NCBI GenBank assembly: GCA_943355005.1
Contig: CALRDV010000003.1
Span: 8,590 to 72,589 of the forward strand
Origin: Patescibacteria group bacterium
GTDB taxonomy: Bacteria > Patescibacteriota > Microgenomatia > UBA1400 > MFAQ01
DNA: 64,000 nt
Direction: 5' to 3'
Shown: positions 1-9,494 of the stretch, one piece after another
How the letters are laid out: each line of letters opens with the position of its first letter
How positions within the stretch are numbered: the first letter of the stretch is position 1
The notes under the pieces: model-generated
What the model was told of the DNA's origin: nothing
Database searches by the model: none
Seen by the model: only the letters and a program-made list of their open reading frames with translations
Translations under genes and position numbers: made by a program

Positions 1-1351
1 CGCAGAGATAAACGATGTCAGTATCAATGGCTTCCAGACCGGCTAAAATTTGTTCGAACATGGCAAGATAGCCTCTTTCCAAATCCAGAATAATATTTTC
101 TCCAAAATCTGTAGGCGCAAGAGAAACACTCACAATTTTTTTACCTTCGGCCGCTTTTCTAAGTTGTCTTTGGCAAATGTTCATAAGAGCAGGCTCTATT
201 TGATTGTCGGTGTAGTAAACGATGCCGACAGTCGGTGGAGACTTAACTATTGATACTGAGGGGGTTTCAAGTGGGGGTTCGATTTCTTCTGTTTTTTCTG
301 AACGAACAGAAGTGGAGCTAGATGGTGGAAAAAGTTGTATAGATTCCGATTCTGTGCCGAGAATAGTGGAAGTAACACTGGGAGTGATAGTGTTACTGGG
401 AACGATGGAGGAAACAGAGTGGTCTTCGGCTTTTAATTTGTCTAAAGCTTCTTGAGTCCAGCCCGGGACCGGCATGAATTTTTCAACTAGCCAAGATAAA
501 GGTTTAATCTGTTTTTCCCAAGTGCCTTTGAAAAATAAATCACGGGCAGTTTTCTTGGCATTACTAACAGCACTGCCTGAAAGGGGATATGGAAAACCAA
601 AGTCTCCGCCTTGCGTGCGGAACATATGGCCATACCAAGTCTTGTGATTTACGACGACTCTTCCTCCGGATAGCCACGTTTTGACAGCTACTTCGATGCC
701 TTGCGACCCCCAACTTCCAAAGTTTTCATCACAAATATTTAGCTCCCAGTATTTATCTCGCGTCATCATAAAACAGGAACCTTGAAGTGACATCGTTTCT
801 GTGATGTCGCCGGTACCTTCAGGTCTTTTTTTGAATTCATTGAAATATTGGAAGTGAGGTTCCGGGTCAAAACAATATGAAGTACTTTGTGGATTATTTT
901 TGGCAATCCAAACGACATCTCTAGTGGTTTCTTTACCACATTGGGAACACACACCACTTGGTCCTTGATAGCGAGAATGGCCATCTGAACAAACCCAATT
1001 GAAAGCGTGCAGATTTCGCATCACGGGGACCATGGTCCAGTCGTCGTGCATTTCCTTGATCATCTTGACGTCAAACCCTTTGTCAAAAGCACAATGGGCA
1101 TCGGCCTTCATCACGTATTTGGCTTTGGAAAGACGACAAAGTTGATTGGTCATACCTCTCTGACCAATTGATTCAGTGACGTGGAAAATAGTAACTCTAG
1201 GATGATCTTTGATTACCGGCTCAGCCCAGGCGCCATCTAGTCCGATTATGACTTCCGTGTTCCCCTCAATATTATCTAAAATATCTTGGACTGTACGAGC
1301 AAGAAACATTTCGTTTCTGGCGGGAATAAGGATACTTAAGTCGTAGGTCAT
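1..1351 (-). CDS. GT-A fold glycosyltransferase (ppGalNAc-T/GT2-like) fused to a conserved C-terminal domain; C-terminus truncated by the window edge
   Basis: Translated by hand from the minus-strand ATG at 1351-1349 (ATGA overlap with the stop of the upstream gene); the frame stays open to position 1. It contains 'KADAHCAF' (DxH) and 'GSWGSQGIEVAVKTWLSGGR' (WGGEN-E-like) motifs. It is a paralog of 11035..12615. It is absent from the ORF track because it is truncated. Confidence 0.6.
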   Translation of the reverse strand, partial: MTYDLSILIPARNEMFLARTVQDILDNIEGNTEVIIGLDGAWAEPVIKDHPRVTIFHVTESIGQRGMTNQLCRLSKAKYVMKADAHCAFDKGFDVKMIKEMHDDWTMVPVMRNLHAFNWVCSDGHSRYQGPSGVCSQCGKETTRDVVWIAKNNPQSTSYCFDPEPHFQYFNEFKKRPEGTGDITETMSLQGSCFMMTRDKYWELNICDENFGSWGSQGIEVAVKTWLSGGRVVVNHKTWYGHMFRTQGGDFGFPYPLSGSAVSNAKKTARDLFFKGTWEKQIKPLSWLVEKFMPVPGWTQEALDKLKAEDHSVSSIVPSNTITPSVTSTILGTESESIQLFPPSSSTSVRSEKTEEIEPPLETPSVSIVKSPPTVGIVYYTDNQIEPALMNICQRQLRKAAEGKKIVSVSLAPTDFGENIILDLERGYLAMFEQILAGLEAIDTDIVYLC

Positions 1352-2307
1352 ATTTTTTTGTTTAAGTTTTGCTGCTTTTTTACTTTGGCAAGTAATTGTT
1401 TCGCGCGAGCAGAGGCAGTGTGATATTTATGTAACCAAGCGTGTCCAGCAAGCCGAATTTTATCAGTATATTCCGGATTAGACAAACAATACTTCAATTT
1501 TTCCATCATTTCTTCCGTAGTATCAAATAGGACAGCTGTTTTTCCATCTTCAAAAGCATGATCTAGCTTAATGGTGGTTCGTTGGGCAAGTAAAAGTGCT
1601 CCCATAGCGGGAACTTCGTAGTAGCGAACTGTATCTTGGCCGTAACCCCATAGAGATAAACCTATTTGAACACTTTTTAGGATTAGGCAGTATTGATCAT
1701 AACTTTTGTGGTAGTTATATGCATTTACTAAAGTGAGAAATGGTCTGCGGGTATCTGTCCATTTACCGGCCCAGAAGATTCTATTCTCTCTGGGTCCGGA
1801 AATATCTGAAGGACATAGAGAGTTTGAAAGTGAAAGTGATAATGGTTTGACAAAATCCGGATACTCGACATCGGGATGGTATTCTCTTTTGAAGTAAATT
1901 AATGGATTGGTAATGTCTATAGCTAGCTGTTCTAAATAAGTCATATCACAGCCGTCCACAAGAACGATGGGTGTGTTTTTTAGATTATTTTTGACGATGA
2001 TATCTAGTGCTTTGATGCTCGCTTCCAATGGATCTCGACGGACAGCATGGACTATGGCTCTGATAGGTCGAACCGCGGCAATGACGAGATCGTATTGACC
2101 GTTACGAAGAAGATCTAGTTTTTCGGCGTCGGTGCGGTTTACCGGGTATGTATAGCTAGATGGGTATCTCATCTCGATGTGTTCGTGAAGAAGAGGTTTG
2201 TGTGGGTAATCGTCGATATTTTCCGAACCTACAACTTGACACAAACCATCGAAAAGGGTATCGGTGTGGACATCTACAAAAGGTATCGTGTAAAAAAGTA
2301 TTTTCAC
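1348..2307 (-). CDS. CgeB-like GT-B glycosyltransferase (Glyco_trans_1_2-like)
   Basis: 319 aa. The C-terminus 'DTVRYYEVPAMGALLLAQ...FEDGKTAVLF' resembles the CgeB/GT1 C-terminal domain. Paralog of 9491..10420. Confidence 0.55.
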   Translation of the reverse strand: MKILFYTIPFVDVHTDTLFDGLCQVVGSENIDDYPHKPLLHEHIEMRYPSSYTYPVNRTDAEKLDLLRNGQYDLVIAAVRPIRAIVHAVRRDPLEASIKALDIIVKNNLKNTPIVLVDGCDMTYLEQLAIDITNPLIYFKREYHPDVEYPDFVKPLSLSLSNSLCPSDISGPRENRIFWAGKWTDTRRPFLTLVNAYNYHKSYDQYCLILKSVQIGLSLWGYGQDTVRYYEVPAMGALLLAQRTTIKLDHAFEDGKTAVLFDTTEEMMEKLKYCLSNPEYTDKIRLAGHAWLHKYHTASARAKQLLAKVKKQQNLNKKI

Positions 2308-2810
2308 TTGATGCTAAATAAAGGCTTAATATTGCTAACGACTGCGACACAGGGAAATATCTTATCGTAGTGGTACCGATATTTGAAGAGTGTCCAAATT
2401 TTGGAGTAACGAAAGTGACGTTCCCATTCCGGTGACGTATTGTTGATAACCATATAGTCGCATTTATCTTTCAATTTTTCAATTTCAACTATGCGATGGC
2501 TGTTCGGAGAATGATCAATGAAAATTACACCCCAATGTTTTTGGTCAAAATCGGCTTTATCCCAGTCCGGACAAAAAACTATATGGTGGTACTGACTCTC
2601 AAAACTTTTGGTTCGATTAAACCAGCGTTCGCTGTTTTCGTATGTATATAACTGACGCTTCATGATATGAGCGAGATGGTGTAGTAAGAAGGTAGAAAAA
2701 TGTCCTGAGCCAATTTCCAAGATATCTCCTTCGGAGATATCAACAATTCTCGTCAGAAGAGGCATATGGACAGCAAATAGATCGTTGTTTTCTGGGCGTA
2801 TTTGTTCCAT
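2304..2810 (-). CDS. Rossmann-like putative class I SAM-dependent methyltransferase (family MT-A)
   Basis: 168 aa with a 'DILEIGSGHFST' glycine-rich loop and a 'VIFIDHSP' motif. It has two further paralogs at 4777..5271 and 5268..5762. Confidence 0.45.
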   Translation of the reverse strand: MEQIRPENNDLFAVHMPLLTRIVDISEGDILEIGSGHFSTFLLHHLAHIMKRQLYTYENSERWFNRTKSFESQYHHIVFCPDWDKADFDQKHWGVIFIDHSPNSHRIVEIEKLKDKCDYMVINNTSPEWERHFRYSKIWTLFKYRYHYDKIFPCVAVVSNIKPLFSIK

Positions 2811-2822
2811 TTTATATATAAT

Positions 2823-3560
2823 TTAGGGTTTCAAAGGCTGAGTTTCTTGTGCCTGGCTGAGGTCATGGAATAATCCTTTGGGGTTGAAGTCTCCGGTGAC
2901 GTGATACCTAGCAATAGGGAACATGTATATAGCCGGCCCGACAGATATCTGAATACCGTTTTTGGCAGCGTAATGATTCCATTTTGAATTTAGATCGCTA
3001 TCCTCACCTTCGCGACTACCGGCATGACGGCCGAACAAACTTCTAGCTTCTAAGTTACCACCTAAGTCCCAGAAAGTAGATTTTTTCATGCAATATGTAT
3101 TGCCATGAACACTCGCATATAAACCTCTTCTGGTCTGAAGCCGTTCCATTTGCATACCGTATTCTTCTAGAATTTCTGGCTCTTGGGAAAGAGTGCCGTC
3201 TTCGAGTAGCACGGCAAAATAACGCGGGAATATCATCTTACTGCCCTCGTAATGGTAAGAGGCCATGATCGCTTCCTTGGACAAGATATGATCGATATCC
3301 GTACAAAGTATGTAGTCACCGGCGGCAAGCTTAACGCCGGCATTTCGGGCAATGCCCTGAGTCCAGGGACGTTTATCGTTGGTTTGGTGTAATTTTAAAT
3401 TCGGGAGATTGTAATCTTCTATCTTGTGAGGTGGGTTGCTACCATCATCAACAATTATAAATTCAATGTCGTCAGGTAAATCCATGGCTTTGAAATGCTT
3501 AACATTTCTGGCTACGGCACCGTGACTGTTGTAAACAGCAATGACGACAGATAATTTCAT
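2823..3560 (-). CDS. family 2 glycosyltransferase
   Basis: 245 aa. N-terminal 'LSVVIAVYNSHG...FIIVDDGS' and a 'CTDIDHIL' DxD-like motif. Confidence 0.7.
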   Translation of the reverse strand: MKLSVVIAVYNSHGAVARNVKHFKAMDLPDDIEFIIVDDGSNPPHKIEDYNLPNLKLHQTNDKRPWTQGIARNAGVKLAAGDYILCTDIDHILSKEAIMASYHYEGSKMIFPRYFAVLLEDGTLSQEPEILEEYGMQMERLQTRRGLYASVHGNTYCMKKSTFWDLGGNLEARSLFGRHAGSREGEDSDLNSKWNHYAAKNGIQISVGPAIYMFPIARYHVTGDFNPKGLFHDLSQAQETQPLKP

Positions 3561-4159
3561 AGTATTTTATCCATCCAGTAATGAGTTCTATTTAGTCCTC
3601 TTAATCGCCATTGGTCATATCTATCGACGGAATGAATTGGTATATGGAAAGCTTTTAATCTTTCGACGGTTTCAGCCTCTCTATATTGTTGAGAGACTAT
3701 TTTTCTGACATCGAAGTCTACCATGAGAGCGTCTACTTTCTCGAACTCTCCCGAGTCAATTAGGTCGTCCAAAATATCGCATTCGGAGCCTTCGCAGTTC
3801 ATTTTCATCACGATATAATCTGCTTTTTTCAGATTGTCTCTAAACCAGTCACTTGCTTTGACCATCTTGACACTTTTTTCGTTTACGTGATCGTCTATAA
3901 ACTTGTCTTTGTAGAGAGTGGCACCATCGGAATCACGGCCAACCTTCTTATTGGCATCGGTGTAAATGGAGGTGTTGCAAGTTTTGTTCCATAAGCCAAA
4001 TTCGCAAATTTCAATCTTGTTACTATTCAAAGCCTGGATGTCTTTACATAATTCTTTTTGGGGCTCAAAACAATAAATTTTGTCAAAGTGATGCTTGCTA
4101 GTAAGTACAGATTGAGCAGTGTCTCCTTTCCAAGCGCCAATATCTAAAAATATTTTCAT
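3557..4159 (-). CDS. FkbM-family methyltransferase
   Basis: 200 aa with 'IFLDIGAWKGDTA...IYCFEPQ', characteristic of Methyltransf_21/FkbM. Confidence 0.6.
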   Translation of the reverse strand: MKIFLDIGAWKGDTAQSVLTSKHHFDKIYCFEPQKELCKDIQALNSNKIEICEFGLWNKTCNTSIYTDANKKVGRDSDGATLYKDKFIDDHVNEKSVKMVKASDWFRDNLKKADYIVMKMNCEGSECDILDDLIDSGEFEKVDALMVDFDVRKIVSQQYREAETVERLKAFHIPIHSVDRYDQWRLRGLNRTHYWMDKIL

Positions 4160-4162
4160 ACT

Positions 4163-4783
4163 TTATTTTACCCACATCCAGCTTTGGTGATGGTCACCGC
4201 TAATTATGAACCAGATGTTTCTGCCTTTGGTGTAGGTGTAGGCGTGAATGACATCTTTTACATTTACTTGGCATTTGGATTTGAAGCCACCACGGCGGTA
4301 ATCATGGCCGGAAATAATGCCACCGGGCTTTACTTTTTTACTCCAGTAGTGAATATCTTCGGCGACATGAATAAACTCATGATTGCCATCAATATAGACA
4401 AAGTCGAGTGATTCATCTTCAAAGTCTTTGACCGCGTCCATGCTAAATTTTTTAATCAGAGTACAGTCGTAATCCTTGGTTCTCTGTTTGGCTTCTTCAT
4501 AAATTTCGTCGTAGTATTTCTGGCCTCCGCTGACATCGTAATAGTCGGGGTATTCGATCCAAGGATCGACACCATATAGTTTAAGCCCTGGAATAGATTG
4601 CAATAATATTTGGGTGTATTCTCCTTTGAGGACACCAATTTCGACGCCGGTTTTGACGTCGAGTTCTTTGAGTAGAGTAGCCAGCCCACCTTCACCACGA
4701 CCCCCTGGTATGACAAAAGCCGGTTTTTGGGTAAAGTCAAAATGATATTTGTTTCCGATGTATTCTTGGGCGTTATTTAGCAT
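4163..4783 (-). CDS. class I SAM-dependent methyltransferase (Methyltransf_24/CmcI-like; family MT-B)
   Basis: 206 aa with 'VEIGVLKGEYT', 'LDFVYIDGNHEF' and 'PGGIISGHDY'. Paralogs at 5771..6385 and 10417..11028. Confidence 0.6.
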   Translation of the reverse strand: MLNNAQEYIGNKYHFDFTQKPAFVIPGGRGEGGLATLLKELDVKTGVEIGVLKGEYTQILLQSIPGLKLYGVDPWIEYPDYYDVSGGQKYYDEIYEEAKQRTKDYDCTLIKKFSMDAVKDFEDESLDFVYIDGNHEFIHVAEDIHYWSKKVKPGGIISGHDYRRGGFKSKCQVNVKDVIHAYTYTKGRNIWFIISGDHHQSWMWVK

Positions 4784-5271
4784 TTGAATTTTTCTAATGA
4801 ATAAAAATTACTTAGGACAGTGGTCCAAGGAACTACTTTATCGTAATCGTAACGATACTTGAAAAGGGGGTAGATACTATTGTAATTATGAATGTTCTCG
4901 TGCTGAGGTTCTGAATCATGAATAATGACGTAATCGGCGTGATCTTTTAGTCTGCCGGCATCGACAGCTCTTTGGAGGGCAGGATCGTGATCGATAAAGG
5001 CGAGACCCCAATGTCGGTCCAGCAGGGGAATATCATCCCAGTTTTTGACAAAAATTATATCGTGATAATCGGACTGTTTTCTTTTGGCAATATTGTACCA
5101 ATGTTCGTTGGCTTCATAAGATACCAATTTGCGATCAAACACTGCGCAGAGCCAGTCCAGTAGGGTAGAAGAAAAATAGCCGGTACCGATTTCGACAACA
5201 TCACCTTTGGAAATGTCAAAGGCTCTGGTTAAGACCGTGAGATGGGTAGCCCACATGGCGATTTTTTTCAT
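4777..5271 (-). CDS. putative methyltransferase, family MT-A paralog
   Basis: 164 aa with 'DVVEIGTGYFSST' and 'AFIDHDP'. Tandem with 5268..5762. Confidence 0.45.
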   Translation of the reverse strand: MKKIAMWATHLTVLTRAFDISKGDVVEIGTGYFSSTLLDWLCAVFDRKLVSYEANEHWYNIAKRKQSDYHDIIFVKNWDDIPLLDRHWGLAFIDHDPALQRAVDAGRLKDHADYVIIHDSEPQHENIHNYNSIYPLFKYRYDYDKVVPWTTVLSNFYSLEKFKC

Positions 5272-5762
5272 GATTCAAATTTGCTAAGTTCGTGAAAGTT
5301 ACTAAGGACACTGGTCCAAGGCTCAACTTTTTTGTGATCAAAACGATATTTGAAAAGAGAATAAATGCGAGGATAGTCATAGCCTTTTTCGGAGCGGGGC
5401 TCAGTGTCGTGGACAATAATGTAATCAGCTTTGTCTTTGAGTCTTTCAATAGTCACAGCCCTTTCTTTGTGAGGATCATGATCGACGAAGGCTAGGCCCC
5501 AATGTTTTTGATCCAGTGGGATGTCGGCCCATTTTTCCACAAAAAAGATGTCGTGATAATCGGATTGCATACGTTTGGCTCTTTCGTACCATTTGGGAGA
5601 AGTTTCGTAGGAAACGAGCTTACGTCCGGAAAAGGAACAGACCCAGTCCAAAAAAGTGGTGGAGAAAAAACCGGTGCCGACTTCCAGAATATCTCCGGAA
5701 GATAAATCGAAAGCTCTCGACAGAAGGGGAATGTGAGTAGCCATTTTGGCGAGATTTTTCAT
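5268..5762 (-). CDS. putative methyltransferase, family MT-A paralog
   Basis: 164 aa with 'DILEVGTGFFSTT' and 'AFVDHDP'. Confidence 0.45.
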   Translation of the reverse strand: MKNLAKMATHIPLLSRAFDLSSGDILEVGTGFFSTTFLDWVCSFSGRKLVSYETSPKWYERAKRMQSDYHDIFFVEKWADIPLDQKHWGLAFVDHDPHKERAVTIERLKDKADYIIVHDTEPRSEKGYDYPRIYSLFKYRFDHKKVEPWTSVLSNFHELSKFES

Positions 5763-5770
5763 AAGTTAAT

Positions 5771-6385
5771 TTAATTTTTTACCCACATCCAGCCGGTATC
5801 GTGAGCACCTTCCGGACCGTTCAAAATAAACCAAGGGCTGATTTTGTGAGATTTAGTCCATGCATCCACTACATCCGTGACATGTACGAATTCGTGTCTT
5901 CTGACACCATAGTCGTGACCGGAAACGATGCCACCTTTGCGAACTTTCTTGCTCCACTGAGCTATGTCATTCGTTACGGCTTCAAAGCGATGATCGCCGT
6001 CGATAAAAACAAAATCGAGCGATTCGTCTTCAAAATCTTTAACGGCGTCTAAACTCCATTTGCGAATGATGGTGCTGTTAGGATATTTGCTTAATCTATT
6101 TTTGGCGTCCTCATAGATGGCGGGATAATGCTTTGGCTTTCGGAAATCTTTATAAACCGGATAGTATTCCCAGGCGTCTATGGAAAAAATTTGCATAGCA
6201 GGATTTGATTGACAAAGAACTTCGGAATATACCCCTCCGAGCACGCCAATCTCGGCTCCACTCGTAAAACCAAGTTCTTTAAATAAGTCCGGGAGATCGG
6301 TCAAACGATTGCATGTAATGTTGGCAGGAGTGCACTCTTTGGGGTCGACATGAAATTTTTCGAAAATGTGTTTGATAGTGTCCAT
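5771..6385 (-). CDS. class I SAM-dependent methyltransferase, family MT-B paralog
   Basis: 204 aa with 'AEIGVLGGVYS', 'LDFVFIDGDHRF' and 'GGIVSGHDY'. Confidence 0.6.
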   Translation of the reverse strand: MDTIKHIFEKFHVDPKECTPANITCNRLTDLPDLFKELGFTSGAEIGVLGGVYSEVLCQSNPAMQIFSIDAWEYYPVYKDFRKPKHYPAIYEDAKNRLSKYPNSTIIRKWSLDAVKDFEDESLDFVFIDGDHRFEAVTNDIAQWSKKVRKGGIVSGHDYGVRRHEFVHVTDVVDAWTKSHKISPWFILNGPEGAHDTGWMWVKN

Positions 6386-6429
6386 AAATAATTTTGGCTA
6401 AGTATATATTAGTTACTAATGACTGTCTA

Positions 6430-7389
6430 TTATGATTTTAGGCCGTAGTATTTGCGCATCCAGTCGAGAGTTTTTTGAACTCCTGTTTTTAAATCAACTG
6501 TGTTTGTGAGGTGAAGATCCCTGATAGCTTTAGAGGAATCGACTTTTTTAATTTTGGTAGTTAAGACCTCACTTTCTTTGTAGGTGATCAGGAAGGGGTC
6601 TGCTTGGGTAAGATTCCAAATAATTTGAACCAAGTCTTCCATGGTGTGTTCTTGATCGCTGCCGATATTGTAGACTTCGCCATCTTTAAAGTTTTCAATA
6701 ATGTTGGCGAGAGTTTGGCAGGTATCCACAATATATGAAGAAGTGCGGATGTGACCTTGATAAACGACAATCGGCAAGTGGTGAAGGGCGGAGTAACAAA
6801 ATTTGGAATTGACACTACGATAGGCGTGGTACCACTCACCCGGTCCGTAGGTATTAAATAGGCGAACAATGACAGATTTGGTGCCATGCATGTGACGTGA
6901 GTTTTCAATTTGCATTTCGTTGACCCATTTACTCATGGCGTAATCATTGAGCTGCTTAATCTCTACATACTTCATAACTTCTTCGGCCATGATTCCGGGG
7001 TAATCACCGTAAACTTCCGAGCTGGAAAAATGGATAAGTTTAAAACCGGCTTGCTCTTGAAGTCGCAAGAGATGTTTGGTGCCAATTACATTAGTTTTCC
7101 AAAGCTGTTCGTAGTAGTCTTCACCATTCCACCTGCCAAATTCGGCGGCAGTATTGTAAACAAAATCAAAAGGACCGAAGCGGTGAAAATATCTTTCCAG
7201 CTGTCTAAACTCAGAAATATCACAGCGGGCATAGCTGGTAGGGGAGAAAAACATCTGATGTTCCCAGCCTGATTCTCTTGGATCATGAAAAATATCCAAG
7301 CCAAAAACCTCATGACCTTTTTCAATTAAGATATTGGTTAGCCATTTACCGACGACACCTTTGCTGCCGGTGATTAGTATTTTTGACAT
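6430..7389 (-). CDS. NAD-dependent epimerase/dehydratase (SDR family, nucleotide-sugar modifying)
   Basis: 319 aa. N-terminal 'ILITGSKGVVGKWL' Rossmann motif, plus 'YAMSK' matching the YxxxK catalytic motif. Confidence 0.7.
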   Translation of the reverse strand: MSKILITGSKGVVGKWLTNILIEKGHEVFGLDIFHDPRESGWEHQMFFSPTSYARCDISEFRQLERYFHRFGPFDFVYNTAAEFGRWNGEDYYEQLWKTNVIGTKHLLRLQEQAGFKLIHFSSSEVYGDYPGIMAEEVMKYVEIKQLNDYAMSKWVNEMQIENSRHMHGTKSVIVRLFNTYGPGEWYHAYRSVNSKFCYSALHHLPIVVYQGHIRTSSYIVDTCQTLANIIENFKDGEVYNIGSDQEHTMEDLVQIIWNLTQADPFLITYKESEVLTTKIKKVDSSKAIRDLHLTNTVDLKTGVQKTLDWMRKYYGLKS

Positions 7390-7401
7390 ATAATCTGAAT
7401 C

Positions 7402-8121
7402 ATGAAAGAACTAAGCATTTGTATGACACATATTAACAGAAAAAGGCAATTATTAAATACCTTGCGAAGTATTCAAATTCAGGAAAACGCCAAAGAGTTA
7501 ACGGAAATAATAATCGTAGATGATGTGAGTAAAGTGCCGCTGAAAATGAGTGATTTTAAAAATATTGATTTGGATATAAAACTCATAACTATACAAACAA
7601 AAAATAAATGGTGGGTAAACCCTTGTGTGGGCTTTAATACGGCTTTCAATTTTATTCATGGTACTAAGGTCATTATTCAAAACGCCGAGTGTCTTCACGC
7701 TACCAACGTGATTGATTATGTAATCAAGAATTTAAAAGAGAAGGAGTATGTCGCCATGAGTGCACTTGGTTTATCGGAGAAAGCGACCAAAGCCATTAAG
7801 ACGTCGACTAAAATTGAAAAAATTTCTAAAGAAGGATCGGAATGGTTGTGTCACAACCGTTACCGGCCAAGAGCATTTAATTTTTGTGCGGCAATAAACG
7901 CCGAAGATTTGCGAATAATTGGTGGTTTTGATAATCGGCTAAGTGAAGGGGTTTACTACGATGATGACATCTTGCTTCAGTCGATAAGGAAAAACAACAT
8001 CGAGATAAGAATCGAGGATTCACAAGTGGTTTATCACCAGTGGCATGAAAAGATTTGGCAAAATTTGGAAGATTACAAGGGTTTACGGGCTAAAAACAAA
8101 CTTCTGGCCAGATCGATTTAG
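7402..8121 (+). CDS. GT-A fold glycosyltransferase (GT2-like)
   Basis: 239 aa with 'IIIVDDVS'. It is the only plus-strand gene in the cluster. Its stop overlaps the stop of the convergent gene 8118..8798. Confidence 0.5.
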   Translation: MKELSICMTHINRKRQLLNTLRSIQIQENAKELTEIIIVDDVSKVPLKMSDFKNIDLDIKLITIQTKNKWWVNPCVGFNTAFNFIHGTKVIIQNAECLHATNVIDYVIKNLKEKEYVAMSALGLSEKATKAIKTSTKIEKISKEGSEWLCHNRYRPRAFNFCAAINAEDLRIIGGFDNRLSEGVYYDDDILLQSIRKNNIEIRIEDSQVVYHQWHEKIWQNLEDYKGLRAKNKLLARSI

Positions 8122-8798
8122 TTATAAATATTTTTGATCATGTGGTCGGCTGTGCCCCAGAAGGGAATTTCGTAGGCGCGGAGTTCGCCCATACGTTTAC
8201 GATTTCCTTGGAAACCATAACCAAGGGCGTCAGGATGTGAGAAGACCACACATGGGGTGGTGGCGGTATATTGTACGGTTTTTCTGACAGTGACTCCCAA
8301 AGCGCCTTCATATTTACCCAGTTCACCAAAGTAGGGGAGAGGAATCTTAGATTCGTCGGGGTATCTGGCAAATCTTTCTTCAAGGGCTTCTATCAGGAGT
8401 TTTCTGGGAGCGATCATGGTGGAGTTACTTATGCGATATTTAAGTGAATAGGTAGGGGGAGTGGTCCAAGAAAAGATGGACCATCTGGCCATATCATAGG
8501 CAAATTCGTCGGGCTTTGGCCGAAAATTAAAATGTTCAGGACTATATAGGGTGTCATCTTCCGCCATGGCGACAAAATCGGTAGTGGCGGCTTTGGCTCC
8601 AAGTAATATTTGCCGATAGATACTGGGCACTCCGCGAGGATAATCAACCACAATATTTTCGCCATAGGTCATGGGTTGATGAGAAATTGAGATGAGGGGG
8701 TAGTCACCTTTAGATCGCCAAAGAATTTCCCGAGCGTTAGTGGCAAAGGGTTCTTTGAGAACGTTGGCGGTGTAATACAAAACGGTAAGATCGATCAT
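8118..8798 (-). CDS. conserved domain protein; standalone copy of the C-terminal domain found fused to the GT-A enzymes
   Basis: 226 aa. 'DLTVLYYTAN...AEDDTLY...PFWGTADHMIKNIYN' aligns to the C-termini of 11035..12615 and 1..1351. Confidence 0.5.
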   Translation of the reverse strand: MIDLTVLYYTANVLKEPFATNAREILWRSKGDYPLISISHQPMTYGENIVVDYPRGVPSIYRQILLGAKAATTDFVAMAEDDTLYSPEHFNFRPKPDEFAYDMARWSIFSWTTPPTYSLKYRISNSTMIAPRKLLIEALEERFARYPDESKIPLPYFGELGKYEGALGVTVRKTVQYTATTPCVVFSHPDALGYGFQGNRKRMGELRAYEIPFWGTADHMIKNIYN

Positions 8799-8807
8799 AA
8801 TAATTAT

Positions 8808-9494
8808 TTACGCTCCATAGATATTTTTGATCATGTCTTCGGCTTTACCCCAGTATGGAATGTCGTAGGCTTTAATTTCGCCTAAATTTTTGCGGCTACC
8901 TAGATATTCATAGCCAATGGCTTCGGGATGAGAGAAAACCACACAAGGGCAGGTAGAAGTATATTGAATTGTTTTTCGGACAGTGACACCTAGTCTGTTC
9001 TCGTATTTACCAAATTCACCCCAGGCACCCAGGGAAATTTTTGACTCATCCGGGTACCGGGCAAATCTCTCCTCAAGGGCTTCGATCAAGAGTTTTCTGG
9101 GGGCAATGAGGGTAGAGTTGCTTATGCGATATTTCATGGAATACATAGCCGGTCTAGTCCAAGAATATATGGACCATCTGGCCATATCATAGGCAAACGA
9201 GTCTGAAGGTGGGCGGTAAGCAAAATGATCTGGACAATATAAAGTATCGTCTTCGGCAAGGGCTACAAACTCGGTGGTGGCAGCTTTGGCACCCACTAAA
9301 ATTTGTTTGTAAATACTGAGATAGGCTCTAGGAAAATCTACCACAATATTTTGGCCATAATCCATAGGTTTTTGGGAAATAGAGATGAGTGGATATTCTT
9401 TTTTGGCTTTCCAAAGAATCTCTCTCGCATTGGAGGCAAAAGGTTCACGAAGGACATTGGCGGTATAGTAAAGAACTGTTAGGTCGATGATCAT
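8808..9494 (-). CDS. conserved domain protein; tandem paralog of 8118..8798
   Basis: 228 aa with the same motif set ('TVLYYTAN', 'AEDDTLY', 'PYWGKAEDMIKNIYG'). Confidence 0.5.
   Translation of the reverse strand: MIIDLTVLYYTANVLREPFASNAREILWKAKKEYPLISISQKPMDYGQNIVVDFPRAYLSIYKQILVGAKAATTEFVALAEDDTLYCPDHFAYRPPSDSFAYDMARWSIYSWTRPAMYSMKYRISNSTLIAPRKLLIEALEERFARYPDESKISLGAWGEFGKYENRLGVTVRKTIQYTSTCPCVVFSHPEAIGYEYLGSRKNLGEIKAYDIPYWGKAEDMIKNIYGA

Noticed and set aside
2156-2370. Track ORFs 2156..2350 (-) and 2179..2370 (+) overlapping the end of the CgeB-like gene
   Set aside because: They are short, sit in alternative frames of a region covered by well-supported genes, and have no motifs. Similar antisense or alternate-frame ORFs were discarded, for example 4184..4411, 4456..4740, 14582..14770, 16010..16441, 16491..16847, 27163..27462 and 28421..28882.
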